Counted from the first letter of the stretch, positions 1-8,443 are shown. The stretch: 64,000 nucleotides of DNA from Bacteroidales bacterium (GCA_050296515.1 JBNKRJ010000032.1:1128-65127); one strand, 5' to 3'. The notes: generated by a model from the sequence alone, not told the origin. Translations and numbers: made by a program.

Positions 1-653
1 ACGAACCGGGAATAATATCATTTATAAAAGAGGGGCTTGAAGAAGAAGGTTTTGCTGTTGATATAGCCATGGATGGAACAAAAGGCCTTGAAATGGCCCG
101 GGAAAACATCAGCGAATATGATTTGCTATTGATAGACTGGATGTTGCCTGGTGTAAGTGGAATTGAAATATGCAGGCAGGTACGTCAACAAAATACGCAG
201 GTTCCGATTATCTTTTTAACTGCGAAAGATACTGTTCAGGATACCGTATTCGCCCTTGAAATGGGTGCCAATGATTATATTAAAAAACCATTTTCTTTTG
301 TAGAGTTATTGGCAAGAATTAGGGTGCAGCTTCGTGGTAGTGCCGAAGAAACAAATAAACTTTATTACCAGGATATTCTAATGGATTTAAATAAGCACCA
401 GGTAATGAAGGGTGATGTAGAAATAAGCCTGACGCAAAAGGAATTTGCCTTACTCGAATTTTTCATGAGAAACAAAGGAAAAGTCTGTACAAGAACACGT
501 ATTATTGAGCATGTTTGGGATATTCATTTTGATTATGATACTTCGGTAATTGATGTGTATGTAAATGCACTAAGAAAAAAAATCGATACAGGCAATAAAC
601 GCAGTTTAATACGCACCATCAGGGGCGTTGGATACATACTTGATGAAGAATGA
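1..653 (+). CDS. OmpR/PhoB-family DNA-binding response regulator, 5' end cut by window edge
   Basis: The listed ORF 69..653 stays open back to base 3 (EPGIISFIKEGLEEEGFAVDIA-MDG...), so the receiver domain starts upstream of the window. Receiver motifs are present (LLLIDWMLPGVSG, FLTAKD), followed by a C-terminal winged helix (LTQKEFALLEFF...IRTIRGVGYIL). There is a 4-nt ATGA overlap with the next gene. Confidence 0.9.
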   Translation, partial: EPGIISFIKEGLEEEGFAVDIAMDGTKGLEMARENISEYDLLLIDWMLPGVSGIEICRQVRQQNTQVPIIFLTAKDTVQDTVFALEMGANDYIKKPFSFVELLARIRVQLRGSAEETNKLYYQDILMDLNKHQVMKGDVEISLTQKEFALLEFFMRNKGKVCTRTRIIEHVWDIHFDYDTSVIDVYVNALRKKIDTGNKRSLIRTIRGVGYILDEE

Positions 654-2035
654 AAGCTCAGAGTTTTAGTAACAGAATTGCCATCTATTTTATGGGGGCT
701 ACGGCCATCCTTATCCTGGTAATTTTCAGTTCAATATATATCGTTGTTCACGAAACAGTTTACAGGCATCTTGATGATGATCTCCAGGCTGAATATGATG
801 AAGTATACAATGGAATTGTGCAGCTCTCGGACCAGATTATTTTTGCAAACGAAGCTGAATGGACGGAGCAGGAGCACGGACAGATTGAAGTGAACCCTAC
901 CTTTATACAAGTATCTGACACACTAGGAAATATAATAAAAAAAACACCCAATTTGCACGACAAATCTTTGACCTTTTTTAAAAATAAAAAGCCCAGAATT
1001 GTCCAAAATAGTATGTTGTCGAATAAAAGTGTTCGTCAGCTTCAGGCAGTATTAGAAAATACCCAGGGACAAAAAGAAGGGTATATTTCAATAGCCATCT
1101 CATTGGAAGGCTCTCAAATTGTACTTAAAAACCTTCTGAGTATTTTGCTCATTGCATTTCCATTGATATTAATTGTGCTATATTATGTTACAAAATTTAT
1201 AACTACAAAAAGTATTAAACCAGTAAGGGTTCTTACGCAAAGTGCCGAAGAAATAACAAGAAAGAATCTTGACAAACGAATTACACTACCTGTTAAAAAA
1301 GATGAACTATACCTGCTTACCGACACGATTAATAACCTTTTAGACAGGATTGAGGATACTTTACTGCGCGAAAAACAATTCACATCGAATGCATCGCATG
1401 AATTACGCACTCCCTTAACATCGTTAAAAGGAACATTGGAGCTGATGATTAGAAAACCACATGATTCAGCATATTACATTACAAAAGCCTCTGTCTGCCT
1501 TGAAGAAGTAAATCGAATGTCGGTAATGACAGAGCAATTGTTATTGCTTTCAAGATATGAAAATACAAGCAGTACCATCAAAGTTGGTAATGTTGGCCTT
1601 GAAAAAATTATTCATAAAGTAATTGCAAGATATACAGATATACTCGAACAAAAAGACATCCTGCTTGAATTGCTGGTCGATTCAGATCTGGAAATAAAAA
1701 CAAACGATTTCTTATTTGAACAAATTATTGATAACATCTTCTCGAATGCAATCAAGTACAATAATTCCAACAGCAAAATAAGAATCCAATCCATTGAAAA
1801 AGATGGTAAAATTACCCTGTCTATTACAGATGAGGGCGAAGGAATGGATACTGCGGTGCTTTCGAAAATATTTGATCGTTTTTACCGGGCCGATGAGTCA
1901 AGAAGTTCTCAAATAAAAGGCTATGGACTTGGCCTTTCGCTTGCCAAAAAGTTTGCAGATATACTTGGAATAAAGATTGAAGTAAAGAGCCAACCACAAA
2001 AGGGAACTACTTTTACATTGATACTTCCTTCGTAA
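650..2035 (+). CDS. Sensor histidine kinase (2 TM, HAMP-like linker, HisKA, HATPase_c)
   Basis: H-box NASHELRTPLTSL; N/G boxes NAIKYNN, DEGEGM, GYGLGL. Two hydrophobic segments flank a ~130-aa extracytoplasmic region. Translationally coupled to the upstream regulator. Confidence 0.9.
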   Translation: MKAQSFSNRIAIYFMGATAILILVIFSSIYIVVHETVYRHLDDDLQAEYDEVYNGIVQLSDQIIFANEAEWTEQEHGQIEVNPTFIQVSDTLGNIIKKTPNLHDKSLTFFKNKKPRIVQNSMLSNKSVRQLQAVLENTQGQKEGYISIAISLEGSQIVLKNLLSILLIAFPLILIVLYYVTKFITTKSIKPVRVLTQSAEEITRKNLDKRITLPVKKDELYLLTDTINNLLDRIEDTLLREKQFTSNASHELRTPLTSLKGTLELMIRKPHDSAYYITKASVCLEEVNRMSVMTEQLLLLSRYENTSSTIKVGNVGLEKIIHKVIARYTDILEQKDILLELLVDSDLEIKTNDFLFEQIIDNIFSNAIKYNNSNSKIRIQSIEKDGKITLSITDEGEGMDTAVLSKIFDRFYRADESRSSQIKGYGLGLSLAKKFADILGIKIEVKSQPQKGTTFTLILPS

Positions 2036-2095
2036 TCAACTACAAATCAATAATTTTAATTAACTCAGAGTAGATTTGAGAAATTAATCATTAAT

Positions 2096-2230
2096 AAATG
2101 TCGTTTAATTAGCATTCTTTTTCGTCATTACAAGGAGGAACGACGAAGTAATCTCTTTACAAAAGACTGCTTCGCTATCGCTAGCAATGACGAGGTTCTT
2201 TTAGAGTTCGTCTAAACTAAATGACATTGA
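2096..2230. repeat. Nested palindromic MITE-like element (outer TIR AATGTC.TTTA.TT / AACTAAATGACATT; inner GTCATTAC...GCAATGAC)
   Basis: Shares termini and inner hairpin with 34608..34767. The inner core is related to 38999..39117. Confidence 0.7.
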
Positions 2231-2247
2231 ATCGTTAATAGACATTT

Positions 2248-2285
2248 AGTCACTAGTGTCATGTCAAATGTCAGATTTCTGGTAA
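2248..2285. repeat. Short intergenic repeat AGTCACTAGTGTCA..GTCA...TTTCTGGTAA
   Basis: About 31/38 identical to 32258..32295. Confidence 0.6.
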
Positions 2286-2437
2286 AGTCATTAGACATTA
2301 GTCACTGGTTATTAATGACAAATGACCAATGACTTCTGATTGTTGAAAATATGCTGTATATTAAAATAACTGATGTTTCCCAAGTTAATTTTATGAATAA
2401 AATTCAACAATTATCAATATGGATAATTAGCCCGATC

Positions 2438-2565
2438 GGCCTCATTGAAAACCTTCTTCAGCTCGCAATCAAGCCTTAGTGAGACCGGGAAGCTTCGAAC
2501 TTGTTCGAAGATCACCCGGCCGAACTTAGGTTTGATAAGAGATGGAGGAGGTTTTCAATGCAGCC
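2438..2565. repeat. Long imperfect palindrome (two 63-nt arms, 2-nt loop)
   Basis: Arm 2438..2500 against the reverse complement of 2503..2565 is roughly three-quarters complementary, with two 1-nt bulges. The centre is AAGCTTCGAAC-TT-GTTCGAAG. Confidence 0.75.
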
Positions 2566-2596
2566 TTGACCTTTTTACTCGCTCTTTCAGAGCTAC

Positions 2597-2830
2597 GTGA
2601 GAACAGCTTCGCTTAAGTTGCTTCGTTTTTGGGTTAACCGGAACAAAGTGGAGCTCATGAACGAAGTGAATAACCCAAAAATGAAGACCTAATTCAACTC
2701 TGAAGTTGAAAAACAAAGTTAAACGTTGCATAATAGTAATTATAAACTACTGATTATCACAGTTTATTTTTGATAATGATAATACAAGTACCTGTTATTC
2801 GGGAATCTATAAGACATGGGAAACATAAGT
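2597..2830 (+). repeat. Direct repeat unit 1 (contains 66-nt hairpin core 2621..2686 and 29-nt block 2789..2817)
   Basis: Aligned by eye to 2927..3157 at an offset of 329-330 bp. The two blocks are 100% identical; the flanks are clearly diverged. Confidence 0.85.
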
Positions 2831-2926
2831 TATTAATTGATAAGCGATTTAACACCGAATGGTTATCATGTAACAGAAAATAAATTTTCTTAACATGCTA
2901 ATTCATCAGCATTATTCACTGCGTTC

Positions 2927-3157
2927 ATGAGATCGGCTTTGCCTAAGTTACTTCGTTTTTGGGTTAACCGGAACAAAGTGGAGCTCATGAACGAAGTGAA
3001 TAACCCAAAAATGAAGGTCGACTTTATTCAGAAATTGAAAAACAAAGTTAAATTTCACACAACAGTAATTATAAGTTATTGATTATCAGAATTTATATTT
3101 GATATTGATAATCCAATTACCTGTTATTCGGGAATCTATAAGACATAGGAAATGTCA
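2927..3157 (+). repeat. Direct repeat unit 2 (hairpin core 2951..3016, 29-nt block 3118..3146)
   Basis: See unit 1. Confidence 0.85.
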
Positions 3158-3329
3158 GTTAATACAAAATTTTCCGTCTTCTAATTGTTATAAAATACTT
3201 ATATTTAATAGTTATTCCGAACCGCTGTTAGTACTTGGTTTGCTTCACAAGCTTGCAAACCAAAACTGCCAGTCGATCGGCATATACAAAGCCATTTTAA
3301 AATTTCAATTTAAAATATTTCAAACTGGT

Positions 3330-3629
3330 TTAGTATAAAAAGAACCCAAATCTTCCTGAATAATTTATCATGAGCCTATCAAGTGATAAGGCAGGCGATG
3401 ATAATGGATTCCTCGATGGCTTCACATAGGTTATCGCACTATACTTGTACCTGGAACAGATAAAACCATGCCGAATTAATAAGCTATTGTCTAGTAATTT
3501 ATAATAAATTGGCCAGGTTAATTCAATTATTAACAGTATCGTAAAAAATCCGGTAATTACGAACCATAAATAATCATTTCCTCCGGAAATTGCTTCCCAA
3601 ATGCCGAATAGTAAAAAAGCAATCCCCAT
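3330..3629 (-). CDS. Small membrane protein with bacterial PH-like (bPH/DUF1200-type) C-terminal region, possibly 3'-truncated
   Basis: Two N-terminal hydrophobic helices, then LLIRHGF...YSAITYVKPSRNPLSSPALSLDRLMINY, which resembles membrane-anchored bacterial PH domains. The end (GRFGFFLY-stop) looks abrupt. Confidence 0.45.
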   Translation of the reverse strand: MGIAFLLFGIWEAISGGNDYLWFVITGFFTILLIIELTWPIYYKLLDNSLLIRHGFICSRYKYSAITYVKPSRNPLSSPALSLDRLMINYSGRFGFFLY

Positions 3630-3807
3630 TGCAAAAGGAAAAAATAAGTATAGTTGCTAACCACCAGTCAACTTTTGAATTGTATTTTGACACAGCACTC
3701 ATTGTTATCTCCTTGTTTTACATAGAGTTAACAATTTTAGTTGTTTTTTCAATGTCTTCCTTCTAAAGTCTTTTCTATCTTAAATCAGGCAAATTCAGCA
3801 CACAAGC

Positions 3808-4040
3808 TTATTCTCTTTCAAATAATAGAATTTTTATAGCCTCATCAAGCTTATCAGGTTTGCTTTTTTTTTCCTGGATATGTTTTTCCTCAATGAATTG
3901 GTCTGTACCCGGGCCTAACCAATCAGGATTCTGGATAAAACGGAGATGACTTCATAAATTCAATTACTGCGTCTTTTTCGGGCATAACACTTAAGCCTTC
4001 AAATTATCTGACAGGAGGTTTTGTGTTTCTTCGTTAGGGT
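3808..4040 (-). pseudogene. Remnant of a flavin-reductase-family gene (paralog of 27429..28325, C-terminal ~70 codons, frameshifted)
   Basis: The reverse strand reads GLSVMPEKDAVIEFMKSSPFYPES-stop, then after a 1-nt shift DWLGPGTDQFIEEKHIQEKKSKPDKLDEAIKILLFERE-stop. This parallels GLGIIPGKDEINEFVKSSPFYRTLSSLGFGSDKFIEEKHILAKKYIESDKLEEAIKILLFEGE-stop of 27429..28325. Nucleotide similarity is also evident. Confidence 0.65.
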
Positions 4041-4590
4041 TTTGGAAATCTCAACATAATCATATTGAGTTCTGTCTTTTTTCTTGTATATTTATGATAT
4101 ACTAACAATCTAAACCATATGAAAAATGATATTTGTTGATGTTCTTCTTTTAATCATATTAGTAATATGCCTCATTGAATTGGTTAATCCAAAAACGGTT
4201 GAATTTTCTAAACCTGAAATCAAAAGCTATTATAACTCAGTGGTGGGTTTTGCACGTAACTTTTTCTCTTTTGAAACCAAATTTTTACGGGATTTATGCA
4301 AAGGGCACCCTCCACATAAAAATGTTTTATATTTTACATCGAATTCCTATACAGTTTCACTAATTGCCAATAGCTACTACCAAAAATGAAATAGTCAACA
4401 TAATGTTTGTTGTATAAAGCTTAAGTTCTGTATGGAGCAATCATGAGAAAATCAGAAAGTTAAAGAAAACATAGCTAAACAAATGCTATAGAAGTCGATT
4501 TAAAACAGCATAGGCACGAGATTGATAAAATGAAGCCCTCATTCCGTGTGCCGCTGAAGCTTTAGCGGAGGCGCAGGGGGATTAGCTTAC

Positions 4591-4767
4591 GCTGAGCCCT
4601 TCGGGGTTTTGTAAAGAAAATTAACTTAACGTAGTGTTCTCATGAGCAAAGCGAATAATCGCTCTACAAAAGAATATGTTTAACCTTGCGAAGCAGGCTC
4701 ATGAACTCCATATAAATAGTTTAAGAAAAGTGAATAAATATCAATTACTTAGCTAAAATTTAAACGA
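4591..4767 (+). repeat. Start-codon-associated element, copy A (with ~54-bp internal insertion 4683..4736)
   Basis: Aligns with 4768..4893. CCCTTCGGGG replaces the CCCTCATAGAGGG hairpin. Ends AGCTAAAATTTAAACGA before GTG 4768. Confidence 0.7.
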
Positions 4768-4893
4768 GTGAAACCCTCATAGAGGGATTTATAGAGAAAC
4801 TTAACTTAACGAAGTGATCTCATGAGCAAAGCGAATAATCGCTCTACAAAAGAATATGTTTAAATATCAATTACTTAACTAAAATTTAAACGA
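4768..4893 (+). repeat. Start-codon-associated element, copy B (126 bp)
   Basis: Begins GTGAAACCCTCATAGAGGG and ends AACTAAAATTTAAACGA directly before GTGAAA, the start of the kinase gene at 4894. Colinear with 61417..61542 (also 126 bp). Confidence 0.8.
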
Positions 4894-7386
4894 GTGAAAA
4901 ACAAATTTTTAAACCTGTTGGTAGCCATATTTTTAACTGGAATCATCGTATTTATTGTGCCAAAAGATTATTTTAATGCACACAAAATCAACAAAATATC
5001 AGAGGAAAGGATTGTTCCCAATGTTAAAACCTACTACAACGATTTAAACAATGATGGATTTCCTGAAACAATCCATTATTACACAATGGACAATTCGGTA
5101 CATTCTATAAACATAAGTGAAGGAAATACCTTTCTTGATTTATTTTATCTTGCAAATGAGGAGTTTTCGGTTAGCAAAAACCTGGCGTTTGCCGATAATA
5201 ATAAAAATGAAATAAAAGAAATCTATTACGTTTCTTTCCAAAATAATGTTTTCTATTTAAATAGTATTGAATTTGACAAAAAGACATCTTTTAAAACAAA
5301 TCGAATTCCGCTGGATTCAATAAATGAGCCCGCTTTGGTTCAAAGTGTTTCAAACTACTTTATTAAATTTACAAAGGATAATAAGGTGGTTTTTGATCTG
5401 CAATTTGATAATAACAATCTTTCTCAAAAGCTATTTCTATATGATTTAAAAAATAAGAGATTGAAAAAAACTGTCTATCCTGGTAATGTATGCAATAGCT
5501 TAAAAATCAAAGAATACAATAATAAGAACTTGTTTCTTCTGGGATATTTGTATGCCTCAGGTAATTCAGTTTTTCTTAAACAAGTCCAAACAGATACTAC
5601 AAAGAAACGTGGAAATGACTTGAACAACATGCGTATGAATGAGAGTCCGGCTTCTTTCCTGGTTTTGTACAATGATAGTTTAAATAATGAATTCCCTCCT
5701 TTTGCTTACAAAGCCTGGACAAATAATACATGTTCAGATTTTTTCATGCAAAATGACAAATTGAACATTGCCTTGTTAACCTGGTCATTAAAAGATTCTG
5801 TTTTTGTGACTACACTGAACATCATTGACAGTAATGGAAAAAAAACAAAAAGCAAGACGATAGAAGGAGGAAACTATTATCTGGCCACAAACATGGAAAC
5901 CAATGAGATAATGATTTTTGATGGCAGAAGCAATAAAATAAAAATAATAGACGAACAACTGAAATTAAGGAAAAGTATTGCCAGCACCCAAATAAAGCAT
6001 ATCTATGGGTTTAAAGATTTAGATAATGATAACGTGCCTGAATTTATTGTTGTAGAAGATGACAATCTTGCTGTTTATCAGAATAATATGGAGGAAAAAA
6101 CGATTTTTCCTCTAAACATCTGTGGCGATGAGTTTAGTACAGAGGCAATTTTTGAAACATTTAACAAAAATGGTGAGGCCTTGCTCAATATTGAAATTTC
6201 AAATTCAGCTTACACCATAAAATATACAAATAACTACAAATCGTACTTTAAATATCCTTTATATGTTCTCATCTTCTTTTTAGCATATTTCATAATTTGG
6301 TCTTTAACAAAAATAAATTCCAGGCGTCTTGAATTTGAAAATCGTAAATTGGAAAAAACAGTAGTTGACAGGACTAAAGAAATAAGTGAAAAAAACGAGA
6401 TTCTTCATCGGCAAAAAGAGGAATTAACACTGATAACAGAAGAACTAAAGGCTACTAACGAACACATGGTTGAACTAAATGATTTTAAAGAAGTGATGGT
6501 GGGTACAATTGTGCACGATCTCAAAAACTCATTAAATAGTATTTTAAACTCGTCTGCCGATAAAAATATCTTACAGCCTGCGCACAGCATGCTCAACCTG
6601 GTGATGAATATTCTGGAGGTTCAGAAGTACGAAAGTGACACCATGAAGCTTGTTCCTGAAGAATTAATGCTTGATGATATTATAGATAAAGCAATTGAAA
6701 AAGTTGAATTGTTGCTGGCAGCGAGGAATTTAACTATGGTTAGAAAATACAGTAAAGCCATACAATTGTTTGTGGATGTTCACATTGTTGTTCGCATTTT
6801 TGAGAACCTGTTTACAAATGCTATAAAATTTTCACCTCTGAATGAGGTAATTGAAGTAAACGCAGCAATGAGTGACCAAAATATGATTAATATTGAAGTA
6901 AAAGACAATGGGCCTGGTATTCCGGAGAATAAGCTACCTGTCATATTTAACAAATTTATTCAGCAGGAAAGCATCGATTCTGGAAAAGTTAGTTCCACTG
7001 GATTAGGTTTAACTTTTTGCAAAATGGCTGTGGAAGCACATAATGGAAAAATAGTTGCAAAAAATGACAAAGTTAAAGGAGCAATTTTCAGTTTTTCTTT
7101 GCCCGGAATGGAAACCAAAGCAGGGCCTAAATCTGAACATAAGGAGCCTTTAGAAAATCAGTCTTTTCTTTCGGAAAAAGCAATTAGTATTCTGAAATCA
7201 ATTGTGCAAGAGCTTGATGAAATTGAAATTTATAAAATAAGTCATATTTTATCTGTTTTAGAAAAGATTGAGGAGAGTGCGAATTCCGAAGTACAAAAAT
7301 GGAAAGCACAAGTGGAACAGGCTGTGTTTTCTGGTAATAATGAGCTTTATCAAAAATTATTAAAATTAGAAAATGGTTTAAAATGA
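4894..7386 (+). CDS. Sensor histidine kinase with large extracytoplasmic FG-GAP/VCBS-like domain
   Basis: GTG start. N-terminal TM, then ~440-aa external region with NNDGFPE / DLDNDNVPE motifs, a second TM, and a coiled coil. H-box IVHDLKNSLNSI; HATPase_c boxes NAIKFSP, DNGPGIP, GLGLTF. There is a ~90-aa helical C-terminal tail. Confidence 0.85.
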   Translation: MKNKFLNLLVAIFLTGIIVFIVPKDYFNAHKINKISEERIVPNVKTYYNDLNNDGFPETIHYYTMDNSVHSINISEGNTFLDLFYLANEEFSVSKNLAFADNNKNEIKEIYYVSFQNNVFYLNSIEFDKKTSFKTNRIPLDSINEPALVQSVSNYFIKFTKDNKVVFDLQFDNNNLSQKLFLYDLKNKRLKKTVYPGNVCNSLKIKEYNNKNLFLLGYLYASGNSVFLKQVQTDTTKKRGNDLNNMRMNESPASFLVLYNDSLNNEFPPFAYKAWTNNTCSDFFMQNDKLNIALLTWSLKDSVFVTTLNIIDSNGKKTKSKTIEGGNYYLATNMETNEIMIFDGRSNKIKIIDEQLKLRKSIASTQIKHIYGFKDLDNDNVPEFIVVEDDNLAVYQNNMEEKTIFPLNICGDEFSTEAIFETFNKNGEALLNIEISNSAYTIKYTNNYKSYFKYPLYVLIFFLAYFIIWSLTKINSRRLEFENRKLEKTVVDRTKEISEKNEILHRQKEELTLITEELKATNEHMVELNDFKEVMVGTIVHDLKNSLNSILNSSADKNILQPAHSMLNLVMNILEVQKYESDTMKLVPEELMLDDIIDKAIEKVELLLAARNLTMVRKYSKAIQLFVDVHIVVRIFENLFTNAIKFSPLNEVIEVNAAMSDQNMINIEVKDNGPGIPENKLPVIFNKFIQQESIDSGKVSSTGLGLTFCKMAVEAHNGKIVAKNDKVKGAIFSFSLPGMETKAGPKSEHKEPLENQSFLSEKAISILKSIVQELDEIEIYKISHILSVLEKIEESANSEVQKWKAQVEQAVFSGNNELYQKLLKLENGLK

Positions 7387-7389
7387 TGT

Positions 7390-7423
7390 CCTATAACTAA
7401 TGGGTTAACTCATTGGTTATAGG
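7390..7423 (+). terminator. Stem-loop just after the kinase stop codon
   Basis: CCTATAACTAATGGG-TTAA-CTCATTGGTTATAGG (13/15 pairs). There is no clean T-run, so function is uncertain. Confidence 0.4.
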
Positions 7424-7429
7424 ATAATT

Positions 7430-7463
7430 GCACTTGTCAGGTGTTGTCACCTGACAAATTAGC
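7430..7463 (+). repeat. REP-like palindromic unit GCACTTGTCAGGTGTTGTCACCTGACAAATTAGC
   Basis: One of four copies in the window; the others are 29739..29799, 32298..32357 and 52510..52568. Confidence 0.85.
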
Positions 7464-7508
7464 ATTGATACAACACCAGAACCTTGAATTATGTAAAATA
7501 TAGTTCTT

Positions 7509-8390
7509 ATGTCTATAAAACAATACTCGATTTTAGTGGCTGATGATGAACCGGCAAACATTGAGATTTATTTTAAGTCTTTAAATTCAGAGCAGTATCA
7601 GCTTCTGGTTGCGCCCAACGGACAAATATGTTATGATGTGGCAAGGCAAACAAAACCTGCTCTTATTATTATGGATTGGGAAATGCCTGTAATGGATGGC
7701 ATTAAAGCGGTAAAAAAGCTTCAGCAAGATAATGAGACAAAGAATATTCCGGTAATTATGGCCACTGGCAAAATGACCAGCTCTGAGAACCTAAGAACAG
7801 CGCTTGATGCCGGGGCAGTTGACTACCTTCGAAAACCAATCGATAAAATTGAATTAATGGCCAGGGTTCGCTCTATGTTATCGCTTTACGAATCATTAAA
7901 AAAGAACATAGAACAAGAGCGACTTATCAGTAAGCAAAAAGAAGAACAACTCATGCAAATTATTAACCAGAATAAAAAGGAACTTACTTCAAATACTCTT
8001 CGATTGGTACAAAACAGTGAATTAAATATGCAATTGATTGACGACATAAAAGAAATAGCGCAGTATACCAATCAGGAAGGAAAAAAATACATCAACGATA
8101 TTATTATCAAACACAAAGTAAACAACTCGCAAAGCAACTGGCAGGAGTTTGAAATCCTTTTTGAACAAGTACATAGTGATTTTTACAAAAGCCTGAATGA
8201 AAAATTTCCTGATTTAACCCCTAACGAAAGGAAACTTTGTGCATTTCTTAAACTAGATATGACGAGTAAAGATATTTCATCAATCACATTTCAAACTAAT
8301 GAATCTCTGAAAAAAGCTCGTTTCAGGTTAAGAAAAAAACTAAACATTGATGGAGCTGAAAACATTAGTACTTTTCTTCAGCAATTTTGA
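7509..8390 (+). CDS. Response regulator: receiver + coiled-coil linker + LuxR-type HTH
   Basis: Receiver motifs LVADDEPAN, LIIMDWEMPVMDG, VIMATGK. C-terminal LTPNERKLCAFLKLDMTSKDISSITFQTNESLKKARFRLRKKL resembles the Bacteroidota LuxR-type HTH. Confidence 0.8.
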   Translation: MSIKQYSILVADDEPANIEIYFKSLNSEQYQLLVAPNGQICYDVARQTKPALIIMDWEMPVMDGIKAVKKLQQDNETKNIPVIMATGKMTSSENLRTALDAGAVDYLRKPIDKIELMARVRSMLSLYESLKKNIEQERLISKQKEEQLMQIINQNKKELTSNTLRLVQNSELNMQLIDDIKEIAQYTNQEGKKYINDIIIKHKVNNSQSNWQEFEILFEQVHSDFYKSLNEKFPDLTPNERKLCAFLKLDMTSKDISSITFQTNESLKKARFRLRKKLNIDGAENISTFLQQF

Positions 8391-8443
8391 ATTATACTAA
8401 ACCTCTTTTGAATCTTATGTCTTAATTAACTTTTAATCGACAT

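Noticed and set aside
2438-2565. Strand assignment of the long palindrome from G-U wobble bias.
   Set aside because: I counted about five mismatches that are wobble-compatible on the + strand and about four on the - strand, so there is no usable bias.
2621-2686. I considered the 66-nt hairpin cores (also 2951-3016) as integron attC sites or CRISPR repeats.
   Set aside because: For attC the conserved ends should read RYYYAAC ... GTTRRRY, but here the order is GGGTTA ... TAACCC, and no integrase is present. For CRISPR there are only two copies ~330 bp apart, with homologous rather than unique sequence between them, and no cas genes.
2657-2692. Small peptide ORF MNEVNNPKMK... starting inside the conserved hairpin core (also at 2987).
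   Set aside because: The two copies diverge immediately after the identical nucleotide block (11 aa against 31 aa with unrelated tails). Conservation is therefore at nucleotide level, not protein level.
3099-3338. 79-aa ORF from the ORF track, and the parallel 35-aa ORF at 2776.
   Set aside because: It uses a non-ATG start and overlaps repeat unit 2. The only shared segment (IQ.PVIRESIRH) is the 29-nt identical DNA block, and the remainder is low-complexity and unconserved between the two copies.
4126-4389. 87-aa and nested 62-aa ORFs in the gene-poor region.
   Set aside because: No recognisable motifs and AT-rich composition. They lie in a region full of decayed gene fragments, and the two overlapping frames are equally (un)convincing.
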